DNA from: Candidatus Latescibacterota bacterium
GTDB lineage: Bacteria; Latescibacterota; UBA2968
DNA: 64,000 nt
Assembly (NCBI GenBank): GCA_965207885.1
Contig: OZ242311.1
Coordinates: forward strand, 4,352,001-4,416,000
Direction of reading: 5' to 3'
Shown here: piece by piece, positions 1-8,522 of the stretch
Layout of the letters: the number at the start of each line of letters is the position of its first letter
Numbering within the stretch: the stretch's first letter is position 1
Made by a program: the position numbers and the translations under genes
Notes under the pieces: model-generated
The model's database searches: none
The model's input: the letters and a program-made list of their open reading frames with translations, nothing else
What the model was told of the DNA's origin: nothing

Positions 1-1442
1 CGCTGGAGACAGACGGTGAATCGTTTAAAGTATGCGATAATATCTACGAAACACTCGTCGCATTTGTGCCCGAACGCACCGACCTCGCACCCGGATTAGC
101 CACTTCCTGGCAAGCGTCAGAAGATGGATTAACCTGGACATTTAAGTTGCGCGAAAACGTCGTCTTTCACGACGGCACGCCCTTTACCGCCGATGCCGTC
201 GTCTTTTCACTCGCGCGTCAATTCAAACCCGATCACCCTTTCAACAAAGTAGAAGGCGCGTATCAATACTGGGCAGGCATGTCCATGAGCGACATCGTAA
301 AAGATGTACGCAAAATAGACGACCTGACTGTATCCATTGACCTGAAACGCCCCAACGCACCTTTTCTCTCTAATCTGACAATGAATTTTTGCGCCATCGT
401 CAGCCCTGTTGCCGTCGAAAAATGGGGAGCTGATTTTGCGCGGCATCCCGTGGGCACAGGGCCGTTTCGCTTTGTCGAATGGATCAAAGACGACCGCGTT
501 GTATTAGAACGCAACCCCGATTATTGGGGACCAGCCCCCAAAATTGATCGCCTGATTTTTAGAAGCATTCCCGAAAACTCCGTCCGACTAATCGCCCTGA
601 CCCAGGGATCTATCGACGGCATGGACAACCTCGTACCGGACTTTTTACCGACAATTGAATCGGATGAAAATATCGCATTGCTATCCCAGCCGGGGATGAA
701 CGTGGGCTATCTGGCGATGAACATGGACAAAGAGCCGTTCCAGGACCTCAATGTGCGGCGCGCCATAAACCACGCAATCAACAAACAGGCCCTGATCGAC
801 AACCTGTATCAGGGCCTGGCCATGCCAGCGGTCAACCCAATTCCACCAACCCTCTGGAGCTACCGGCAAGAAACACCCGGCTATGAATACGATCCGGAAA
901 AAGCCAGAACGCTCCTATCTGAAGCAGGACTCCCAAACGGATTCAAAACTACCCTCTGGGCCATGCCTGTACCCCGCCCCTATATGCCACAACCCCAGAA
1001 AATCGCCCAGGCGATCCAGGCCGATCTACAAATAATTGGCATCGAAGCTGAAATCGTCACTTATGAATGGGGAACATATCTGGACAAAGTCCAGCGCGGG
1101 CAACATGACATGGCATTGCTGGGCTGGACAGGAGACAACGGCGACCCCGACAACTTCCTCTATATCCTGCTGGACAAAAGCGCGACTCAAATACCGGCCA
1201 ACAATATTTCCTTCTACCGCAGCGACCCGTTGCACGAAGTACTGGTAGCCGCCCAGAAAGAATCCGACAAAGCAAAACGCACGACCCTGTATCAAAAGGC
1301 TCAAGAAATCGTCTTTCAAGACGCACCCTGGGTACCCCTCGTACACGCAACCCAAACAGCGGCATTCCGCACCCGCGTCAAAGGCTTTAAGCTACACCCC
1401 ACCGGGAGCAAATGGTTCCACGATGTGATGATTGAAGAGTAA
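1..1442 (+). CDS. dppA: ABC transporter dipeptide/oligopeptide substrate-binding protein (family 5), 5'-truncated by window edge
   Basis: Frame is open from nt 3 (LETDGESFKVCDNIYETLV); SBP_bac_5 motifs 'WTFKLRENVVFHDGTPFTADAVVFS', 'PVGTGPF', 'GWTGDNGDPDNF'; dppB/dppC-like permeases downstream. Confidence 0.9.
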   Translation, partial: LETDGESFKVCDNIYETLVAFVPERTDLAPGLATSWQASEDGLTWTFKLRENVVFHDGTPFTADAVVFSLARQFKPDHPFNKVEGAYQYWAGMSMSDIVKDVRKIDDLTVSIDLKRPNAPFLSNLTMNFCAIVSPVAVEKWGADFARHPVGTGPFRFVEWIKDDRVVLERNPDYWGPAPKIDRLIFRSIPENSVRLIALTQGSIDGMDNLVPDFLPTIESDENIALLSQPGMNVGYLAMNMDKEPFQDLNVRRAINHAINKQALIDNLYQGLAMPAVNPIPPTLWSYRQETPGYEYDPEKARTLLSEAGLPNGFKTTLWAMPVPRPYMPQPQKIAQAIQADLQIIGIEAEIVTYEWGTYLDKVQRGQHDMALLGWTGDNGDPDNFLYILLDKSATQIPANNISFYRSDPLHEVLVAAQKESDKAKRTTLYQKAQEIVFQDAPWVPLVHATQTAAFRTRVKGFKLHPTGSKWFHDVMIEE

Positions 1443-1533
1443 CCGATCAGACGGGAATGGCGTAAGAAGGGGCAACCTATCGAAAAAAATGGAATCTGGG
1501 ACAAATTTTGGACGACAAGACAAATTTTTGATA

Positions 1534-1579
1534 TTGATTTTGTAAACGCTTGTATTATACTATGAACAATTTTTCATAG
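1534..1579 (+). promoter_or_regulatory. Putative sigma70 promoter with overlapping palindromic operator
   Basis: TTGATT(1534)-16 nt-TATACT(1556), followed by inverted repeat CTATGAA-N6-TTCATAG (1560-1579), upstream of the LRR gene. Confidence 0.4.
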
Positions 1580-1723
1580 ATGTCTAAAAAAATGCTGTTC
1601 ACGCAGATGAAGGTGTCTCAGATGTGATGCCATGCGCTATTTATACAAGAGATCTGAGCGACCAGTTAGACAAATCTGTTCACACTATTGTGTGGCTGAA
1701 GTCTAAAATGAAAAGAGAAACCA

Positions 1724-2950
1724 ATGCGTAACCTGATTTTGTTCACACTATCCACACTCGCGCTTTTGATACATCCGCTATTTCTTCCAGCGCAGAATAG
1801 CTTTTCTTTTTCCATAGATGCGAACACTGCGGCGGGTGATCAAGCGATCACATCTGTTAATGTATCCCCGGATTTTGATGGCGATGGTATAGTTGGCTTC
1901 TCTGACTTTTTGGCGTTTGCAGGTCTGTTTGGAGCAAGTCAGGGCGATGGGAGGTATGAAGCGAAGTATGATCTGGACAGCGACGGCGCAATTGGATTTT
2001 CCGATTTTCTGATCTTTAGCGCCAGCTTTGGCAAAGAGGTATCTCCCCCTGATGGTGCAACGCAGGTTGCCATCCCTGATACAAATCTGCGTGTGGTCAT
2101 TGCGGACAGTCTCGGCAAGGCGAGCGATGCACCAATCACGCAGGCAGAGATGGCGACCTTAACTCGCCTTGCTGCACCGAACAAGAATATTCGCGATCTG
2201 ACCGGGCTTGAGTTTGCGACTAATCTGACAGCGTTGGATCTCGGTGAATCGAATGTGTTTGTAGGGGAGCGGATAGAGTGGGTAAACAGTAACGAGATAT
2301 CCAACCTTTCGCCACTATCTAATTTGACCAGTCTGGAAACGCTGTATCTTTCCAGCAACAACATATCGAATGTGACACCCCTATCTAACTTGACCAGTCT
2401 GGAACGGCTGTTTCTTGAAAACAACAGCATATCGGATGTGACGCCACTATCTAATTTGACCAGTCTGGAACGGCTGTTTCTTGAAAACAACAGCATATCG
2501 GATGTGACGCCACTATCTAACTTGACCAGTCTGGAAACGCTGTTTCTTGACAGCAACAGCATATCGGATGTGACGCCACTATCTAACTTGACCAGTTTGG
2601 AATCGCTGTTTCTTGACAGCAACAACATATCGGATGTGACGCCACTATCTAACTTGACCAGCTTGAAATGGCTGGGTCTTGGCAACAACAGCATCTCAGA
2701 CCTCGCGCCGCTGGTGGCAAACACGGGATTGGGTAGTGGAGATGAGGTTGATGTGAGCAACAACCCCTTGAGTGCCACATCAATCAACACACACATCCCA
2801 GCCCTTCAGAGCAGAGGGGTCGAGGTAGATTTTAGCGCATCGAAGCCCGCGGTGAAAAACAAAGAACTGAGGATGCCCCTCCGGATGATAGAACCGTTAG
2901 GGCTGAAAAAATGGAAGGTGGGCGATAAAGGTCGCTTGAATAACTTTTGA
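1724..2950 (+). CDS. Secreted internalin-like leucine-rich repeat protein with dockerin-like/EF-hand module
   Basis: N-terminal hydrophobic signal peptide; paired DxDxDG loops (DFDGDGIVGFSDFL...DLDSDGAIGFSDFL); LRR cap 'IPDTNLR'; 22-aa repeats PLSNLTSLExLFLxxNxISDVT. Confidence 0.85.
   Translation: MRNLILFTLSTLALLIHPLFLPAQNSFSFSIDANTAAGDQAITSVNVSPDFDGDGIVGFSDFLAFAGLFGASQGDGRYEAKYDLDSDGAIGFSDFLIFSASFGKEVSPPDGATQVAIPDTNLRVVIADSLGKASDAPITQAEMATLTRLAAPNKNIRDLTGLEFATNLTALDLGESNVFVGERIEWVNSNEISNLSPLSNLTSLETLYLSSNNISNVTPLSNLTSLERLFLENNSISDVTPLSNLTSLERLFLENNSISDVTPLSNLTSLETLFLDSNSISDVTPLSNLTSLESLFLDSNNISDVTPLSNLTSLKWLGLGNNSISDLAPLVANTGLGSGDEVDVSNNPLSATSINTHIPALQSRGVEVDFSASKPAVKNKELRMPLRMIEPLGLKKWKVGDKGRLNNF
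2312..2707 (+). repeat. Six near-identical 66-bp tandem repeats encoding LRR units
   Basis: Unit CCACTATCTAAYTTGACCAGT... recurs at 2312, 2378, 2444, 2510, 2576 and 2642. Confidence 0.9.
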
Positions 2951-2996
2951 CACTTCGTTTTTCACACCACCGAGAAATCACTTTGTGGTCAAAAAT

Positions 2997-3038
2997 AAAA
3001 AACGGCAGTGGGTTGTAATACTCACCGCCGTTTCTTTT
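2997..3038 (+). terminator. Intrinsic terminator after LRR gene
   Basis: Stem AAACGGCAGTGGGT / ACTCACCGCCGTTT followed by CTTTT, A-tract upstream. Confidence 0.65.
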
Positions 3039-3166
3039 AATGTATCGGACATCTTTTTTAAAAGCGACTCTTGCTCTGATCTCCAAAATCCTGTATCTAT
3101 AGCGTACAACTGAACCTCATTGTACACCGCTCCGACAGGTTTATCCCGATCCAGAGAATTGATACC

Positions 3167-3946
3167 ATGTCAGATACGACAACACAGTTGCATCCCGATC
3201 CCAAAGCCTGCGCTGTCGCCCGTGCGGTCTGCGATGTGGTCCATCCCAACACCGTCATCCTGTTCGGATCCCGCGCTCGGGGCGACTTTACGCCCGATTC
3301 CGATATCGACCTGCTCATCATCACGGACTCCCAGCAGATAGACCAGCAGGAATATATGCGCACGAGTGAGGCGGCTCGCCGCAAAGTCCAGGAAGTTTAT
3401 GGCCACTCCATGGGCGTTGACCTCGTCCACCTGAGCGAGGACGTTTTCCACGACGGTCGCCGTGCTCGAAACCATGTCGCAGGGCAGGCTGTCCGCGATG
3501 GCGTCGATATACATGGCGCAAAAATAATCTATGACAACCCGGAACCGACCAACTGGCCCGACATACGACAGCGAATCATCAATGCCGAACGGGAACTCCG
3601 CGTTCTGAATGTCTTAGTTGAAGCAGATGCCGACCAGGAAGCCATCGGTTTCCACGCCCAACAGGCCCTTGAAAACGCGCTAAAAGGCTGGATCTCAGCA
3701 CTCGATACCGACTACAAAAACACCCACGACCTATCCGACCTATCGGGCATCATCCGAAACCATCCCAAAGAGAACGACATCCCCGTCGGTGAAAAGTTGG
3801 CCTGGCTGACTAAGTATGCCGTAAGATACCGGTACCACGGCACAGAGGTCAGCGTGGAAGACCGCTTCGAGTTGCTCGCTACGGTAAAAGAAACCGTAGA
3901 GACCATCATCGCCCGCATTCGGACGCTGAGCAAAATGACTGAATAA
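3167..3946 (+). CDS. Fused minimal nucleotidyltransferase (MNT) + HEPN domain protein
   Basis: N-terminal 'VILFGSRARGDFTPDSDIDLLII' (pol-beta-like MNT); C-terminal 'IGFHAQQALENALKG...THDL...YAVRYRY' (HEPN). Confidence 0.85.
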   Translation: MSDTTTQLHPDPKACAVARAVCDVVHPNTVILFGSRARGDFTPDSDIDLLIITDSQQIDQQEYMRTSEAARRKVQEVYGHSMGVDLVHLSEDVFHDGRRARNHVAGQAVRDGVDIHGAKIIYDNPEPTNWPDIRQRIINAERELRVLNVLVEADADQEAIGFHAQQALENALKGWISALDTDYKNTHDLSDLSGIIRNHPKENDIPVGEKLAWLTKYAVRYRYHGTEVSVEDRFELLATVKETVETIIARIRTLSKMTE

Positions 3947-4039
3947 ACGACCACTTCGCATCCGAACAGTCGGTCACCATAGAGCGACATGTTCCCAAGT
4001 CGTTCTATGCCAATGAAATATGGTACGCAATACGGTTTG

Positions 4040-4068
4040 TTGACACCCTTTTGGATTTGGGCTATATT
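4040..4068 (+). promoter_or_regulatory. Near-consensus sigma70 promoter for the 4176-5195 operon
   Basis: TTGACA(4040-4045)-17 nt-TATATT(4063-4068). Confidence 0.65.
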
Positions 4069-4175
4069 GCTTGAAAGATCACTTTAATTTTTTAATATAC
4101 GACCTTATATCGAATACAATAGACGTCATAGTTTGTAAAAAAATAATAACTTAAAATTCGTCCCGGAGTTTAATA

Positions 4176-4556
4176 ATGGCAACATTTACTGTTGATGAAT
4201 TGGTCAAAGCAGCTGAGCAATTGCCTCAAATAGATTTGGAAAATTTGACAGCGCAGGTACTTACACTCAAGGCAAGACGCGCAGCACCAGAATTGTCGAA
4301 AAATGAAGCCGCGTTGCTCCGGAATATCAACCGGGGAATGCCTGATGAGTTACAAAATCGATATCGGGAACTTATTGCTATCAGACGATCAGAAACACTG
4401 ACTAAATCCGAACATGCCGAATTGCTTCACCTGACAACACAGGTTGAAAAACACGATACAGAACGGCTGAAATATCTTACCGAACTTGCACATATTCGAA
4501 AAATTTCTCTGACAGAACTTTTGGATGAACTCGGCATAGAACCAGCCTATACATAA
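4176..4556 (+). CDS. Small all-helical hypothetical protein, resembling the family labelled 'STAS/SEC14 domain-containing'; putative antitoxin-like
   Basis: GGAG RBS; pattern 'E..LL..IN.G.P..LQ.RY.ELIA.RR.ETLT..EH.ELL.LT.Q.E...ERL..L.ELA..R..SL..L...LGI' recognised from memory. Confidence 0.6.
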   Translation: MATFTVDELVKAAEQLPQIDLENLTAQVLTLKARRAAPELSKNEAALLRNINRGMPDELQNRYRELIAIRRSETLTKSEHAELLHLTTQVEKHDTERLKYLTELAHIRKISLTELLDELGIEPAYT

Positions 4557-4587
4557 GCTGTGAACGCATCGTAAAGAGTAACGGAAT

Positions 4588-4920
4588 ATGCTAATTGCAA
4601 AAATTCCTGACGATGCCCTTGTAGTGCGTGGCGGTAAAAACCGACCTGAAGATATTCAACGTGGAAGCGGAACACATCCCAGTGGAATCACAGGCATATC
4701 AGTAGAAAGTGGTGAGGGTGTATCCATCTCTGAATTGGCAAGGACGATTCCACATGGACAAGTTGGCGTGACAACCGTTGGTGAAATCCGAAAAGCTGGT
4801 GGTGATGTAGTGCGAACGTCTGGGCGAAGTCCTTACCATGCGACATTGACTGGACTTACGCCCGAACAAATTAGTGAACTTTTTGTGCCAACAATTCCAA
4901 ATCCAGCACTGGAGAATTAA
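4588..4920 (+). CDS. Stand-alone polymorphic-toxin-like domain, putative Tse2-like ADP-ribosyltransferase fold
   Basis: 110 aa; VVRGG (R14), GISV (S38), PYHATL (H84) form an R-S-H pattern; no signal peptide or delivery domain. Confidence 0.5.
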   Translation: MLIAKIPDDALVVRGGKNRPEDIQRGSGTHPSGITGISVESGEGVSISELARTIPHGQVGVTTVGEIRKAGGDVVRTSGRSPYHATLTGLTPEQISELFVPTIPNPALEN

Positions 4921-4922
4921 AA

Positions 4923-5195
4923 ATGAACAAACCAAGAATATTCGCAGACTTTCACAACGCGGATGCACAAGGCAGGTTGCGTTTGAACTGCGCTGGGACT
5001 GTGGAAGACCTCACATGTCAGAAAATTTTTTTGAAAGAAGGACAATCGCTGATCCTTTATAGCGAAGATTTAGAAGTTGATGGTGTGGTTCGATACTCGA
5101 AAAAAGAAAATTTGTGGGTTGCTGTGATTGATTGGGATGCCATTCGAGAGGTTCCCCCCGTAGTCTCTCAAACAGAACACCACAGCCCGGTTTGA
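4923..5195 (+). CDS. Hypothetical protein, putative immunity/antitoxin of the upstream toxin-like ORF
   Basis: Starts 2 nt after the upstream stop; 90 aa, beta-rich, 'IFADFHNAD..GRLRLN' and 'WVAVIDW'. Confidence 0.5.
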   Translation: MNKPRIFADFHNADAQGRLRLNCAGTVEDLTCQKIFLKEGQSLILYSEDLEVDGVVRYSKKENLWVAVIDWDAIREVPPVVSQTEHHSPV

Positions 5196-5234
5196 TAGCC
5201 TTCAAACAATGGCATAGATCCCCAAACCCGTCAC

Positions 5235-5273
5235 AAAAAGCCCAACGGCCTCTTCCAAACCGTTGGGCTTTTT
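5235..5273. terminator. Bidirectional intrinsic terminator
   Basis: Perfect 14-bp inverted repeat AAAAAGCCCAACGG-N11-CCGTTGGGCTTTTT. Confidence 0.85.
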
Positions 5274-5359
5274 CTATTAATGGATATTGCGCGTCAGTCA
5301 AATTTGTCGGATATTGCCTACACAACTCTATTCTCATCACCTTCTAAAAACCGCTTCCC

Positions 5360-6370
5360 ATGCACATCTACATCCTCAAAAGATTACTGGCACTGATCCC
5401 CACACTATTAGGCATCACAGTGCTGGTTTTTTTTATGGTACACCTCGTACCTGGAGACCCGGCGCAGATCATGCTGGGCGAACGGGCAAGTGCCGAAAGT
5501 CTGGCCGCTTTGAGGCGCGACCTGGGCCTGGACCAGCCATTACATGTGCAATTTGGACGCTATTTATCCGACCTGCTACAAGGCGACCTGGGGCGGTCGA
5601 TTAAATCGCACGAACGCGTATCCGTCGAACTAATGGCGCGTTTTCCCGCCACCATGGAACTCACCTTTGCGAGCATGGTATTCGCCTGCATACTCGGCAT
5701 TGGTGCAGGTATAGCATCCGCAGTCCGACGTGGCACCTGGTGGGATTATATCGGCATGACCGCATCATTAGCAGGAGTCTCAGTGCCAATATTCTGGCTG
5801 GGATTATTGCTCATTCTCGCCCTTGCTGTCTCCCTACCGCTGTTCCCCGTCTCCGGACGGCTCAGCTCCCATGTATTTATACCCACACTGACTGGATTTT
5901 ACCTCATAGACAGCTTGATCGCAGGTGATCTTCCGAGTTTTGCCGACGCACTCTGGCATTTGATCTTGCCGGGCATAACCCTGGGCACTGTGCCCGCCGC
6001 TGTTATCGCACGCATGACCCGGTCGAGCTTGCTGGAAGTCCTGCGCGAAGATTATGTGCGCACCGCCTGGGCAAAAGGCTTATCTGAACGGGTCGTCATC
6101 TTGCGTCACGCACTGAAAAACGCATTCATCCCCGTCTTAACCGTAATCAGCTTGCAATTCGGCTATCTATTGGGTGGCGCAGTCTTGACCGAAAGTATCT
6201 TTGCCTGGCCCGGGGTCGGGCGCTGGTTGCTCCTCTCGGTTTACGCACGCGACTTTCGGGCAATACAAGGAGGCGTGCTAATCGTCGCCACCACCTTTGT
6301 GCTCATCAACTTAATCGCAGATCTGTTATACGCCTGGCTGGATCCAAGGATCAAATACGGTAAGGAATAG
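5360..6370 (+). CDS. dppB: Dipeptide/oligopeptide ABC transporter permease
   Basis: 'YILKRLL..IPTLLG', 'PGDPA', EAA loop 'DYVRTAWAKGL', C-terminal 'DLLYAWLDPRI'. Confidence 0.92.
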   Translation: MHIYILKRLLALIPTLLGITVLVFFMVHLVPGDPAQIMLGERASAESLAALRRDLGLDQPLHVQFGRYLSDLLQGDLGRSIKSHERVSVELMARFPATMELTFASMVFACILGIGAGIASAVRRGTWWDYIGMTASLAGVSVPIFWLGLLLILALAVSLPLFPVSGRLSSHVFIPTLTGFYLIDSLIAGDLPSFADALWHLILPGITLGTVPAAVIARMTRSSLLEVLREDYVRTAWAKGLSERVVILRHALKNAFIPVLTVISLQFGYLLGGAVLTESIFAWPGVGRWLLLSVYARDFRAIQGGVLIVATTFVLINLIADLLYAWLDPRIKYGKE

Positions 6371-6377
6371 AAGCGCA

Positions 6378-7247
6378 ATGTCACACATTCAAGACACCTT
6401 ACAAACGCCACCGCAAACCACCGCGCTATTGATCTGGCAGCGATTGCGAAAAAACCGTCTCTCCATTGTGGGAAGTATATTGATCGGCGGCTTTCTACTC
6501 CTGGCATTCGCAGCACCTTTGATAGCCCCTGCCGATCCAATGGCCCAGGCACTCTACAATCGCCTATCGCCCCCAACGCTCGAACATCCATTCGGCACAG
6601 ATGACTTTGGCCGAGACATATTGAGCCGCGTCATCTATGGCGCGCGGATATCTCTGCGCGTCGGAGTATTCGCCGTATTGATCGCCCTTATACTGGGCAC
6701 CTGTATTGGGGTCGTCGCGGGCTACTGGGGGGGGTGGATAGATCAAATATTGATGCGACTGATGGATCTACTACTCGCCTTTCCGAGCATATTGCTCGCA
6801 ATCGGCATCGTAGCTATTTTGGGACCCGGCCTGGAAAATGCGATGTTGGCCGTCGGCATTGTAGCTATGCCGCAATATGCGCGCCTGGTTCGCGCGTCCG
6901 TCTTAACCGTACGAGAAACCGATTATGTCATGGCCGCACGCGCCCTGGGGGCATCGGATTCGCGCATACTATGCGTCGCCGTCTTGCCCAATTGTCTCGC
7001 CCCATTAATCGTCCAGGCAACATTGGGATTGGCAACCGCGATCCTCGACGCTGCTGGACTGAGCTTTCTCGGCCTGGGCGCGCAACCCCCAACACCCGAA
7101 TGGGGAGCGATGTTGAGTCAGGGACGCGAACTGATTGTGCGCGCACCCTGGGTACTCACCTTCCCTGGTGGAGCGATCTTTTTCACAGTACTGGCATTTA
7201 ATCTGGTCGGCGATGGTCTGCGAGACGCACTGGATCCAAAGGCTTAA
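6378..7247 (+). CDS. dppC: Dipeptide/oligopeptide ABC transporter permease
   Basis: 'HPFGTDDFGRDILSRVIYGARISL', 'PEWGAML', 'GDGLRDALDP'. Confidence 0.92.
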   Translation: MSHIQDTLQTPPQTTALLIWQRLRKNRLSIVGSILIGGFLLLAFAAPLIAPADPMAQALYNRLSPPTLEHPFGTDDFGRDILSRVIYGARISLRVGVFAVLIALILGTCIGVVAGYWGGWIDQILMRLMDLLLAFPSILLAIGIVAILGPGLENAMLAVGIVAMPQYARLVRASVLTVRETDYVMAARALGASDSRILCVAVLPNCLAPLIVQATLGLATAILDAAGLSFLGLGAQPPTPEWGAMLSQGRELIVRAPWVLTFPGGAIFFTVLAFNLVGDGLRDALDPKA

Positions 7248-8479
7248 TTCAATTCAGCCATCGGGCCGAGTGCGACAAGCGCGGGATCCGCATCGAGAGG
7301 ATATTGTTCGAGATAATCGGCAATGCGCTCTGGCGTAACAGCATCGATCTCCGCACGTTCTTCCTCGAGCGTTTTGAGCGGCGTGCTGGTACTCAGGCTA
7401 CCCACAATTTGGGAAAAGCGAGAAAGGCCGTTTTCCCCACTGCAAATAATACCCGTAGCCTGCTTGGTCTTGGCGCGTTGGAGCGCATCACTATCAATCC
7501 CATTTTTTAAATCCGCCATCTCGCGCCGCACAATATCGAGAACCTGAGACACATTTTGCGGATCCACGGACAAATAAACATAAAAAAGCCCCGCATCGCT
7601 AAAATTGATATACTCTGCCGCGGCTTCATCAGCCAGACCCTGTTGAATAACAGACCAGTAGAGCCGGCTATTGGTCGATGCCCCCAAATAAACAGAAAGC
7701 AGATCCGCAGTAGCGGCATGATCATCGGAAGATGGCGGCGCAGGAAGCGCGAGCGCGATATGTTCGCGCGCCACACCATCGCGTTGCACAACGCGATTTG
7801 AAGCGTGAAAAGTTGGAATAGATTGCTCGCGACCATGATCAGACACCTGCCAGCCTCCGCAATGTGTCTCAACCGCGCGAATAATCTCATCGCGATCAAA
7901 CGCACCTGTAACGACAAACGTGAGGTTATTGGGACCATAGCGCCGCTGGTGATACTCAGCCATCAAATCGCGGGTAATAGACTTCACCGTATCCTCTGTG
8001 CCCAGCACACTCTGCCCTAAGGGATGAGTGCCAAAAGCCTCTTGAATGAGATCGTCAATAATGAGCGCATCGGGCTGGTCGTGATACATCGCAATCTCTT
8101 CGAGAATAACCTTCTTTTCCATATCAAACTCATCCGATGGCAAATTGGCGCGCATCATATCGCTGAGAATCTCGATAGAATCCGTCGCGCGATCGCTTTG
8201 CACCCAATGGAAATAGGCCGTACCTTCCCACCAGGTGTAGGCATTCCACATAGCGCCCAGATCATCGACATCAAGCGAAAGTTGCCGCCAGTCGCGCCTG
8301 GGCGTCCCCTTGAAACACATGTGTTCGAGAAAATGTGAAATCCCCAAAAGGTCTGGAGCTTCGTCGCGCGATCCCGTCTGGGCAAAAAACCCCAGCGCAG
8401 CCGACCGAATGCGCGGAATCGTTTCAAAAACAAGCGTGAGACCATTATCGAGGGTATGCGTGGAAAACGGTGAAGACAT
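7244..8479 (-). CDS. M16B (pitrilysin-family) zinc peptidase, catalytic subunit
   Basis: Inverted zinc motif HFLEH + 'FKGT', 'NAYT', 'EKKVILEEI'; start placed at ATG 8479 with AGGAG RBS. Confidence 0.88.
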   Translation of the reverse strand: MSSPFSTHTLDNGLTLVFETIPRIRSAALGFFAQTGSRDEAPDLLGISHFLEHMCFKGTPRRDWRQLSLDVDDLGAMWNAYTWWEGTAYFHWVQSDRATDSIEILSDMMRANLPSDEFDMEKKVILEEIAMYHDQPDALIIDDLIQEAFGTHPLGQSVLGTEDTVKSITRDLMAEYHQRRYGPNNLTFVVTGAFDRDEIIRAVETHCGGWQVSDHGREQSIPTFHASNRVVQRDGVAREHIALALPAPPSSDDHAATADLLSVYLGASTNSRLYWSVIQQGLADEAAAEYINFSDAGLFYVYLSVDPQNVSQVLDIVRREMADLKNGIDSDALQRAKTKQATGIICSGENGLSRFSQIVGSLSTSTPLKTLEEERAEIDAVTPERIADYLEQYPLDADPALVALGPMAELN

Positions 8480-8522
8480 GAGTTGCTCCTGAAGAAAGCG
8501 GTGAGACGTAAAAGCTGATAGC

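Noticed and set aside
2312-2707. 66-bp periodic repeats as a possible CRISPR array
   Set aside because: Units are contiguous, in-frame LRR codons with no unique spacers, and there are no cas genes
1939-2796. 285-aa antisense repetitive ORF
   Set aside because: Shadow of the LRR repeats on the opposite strand
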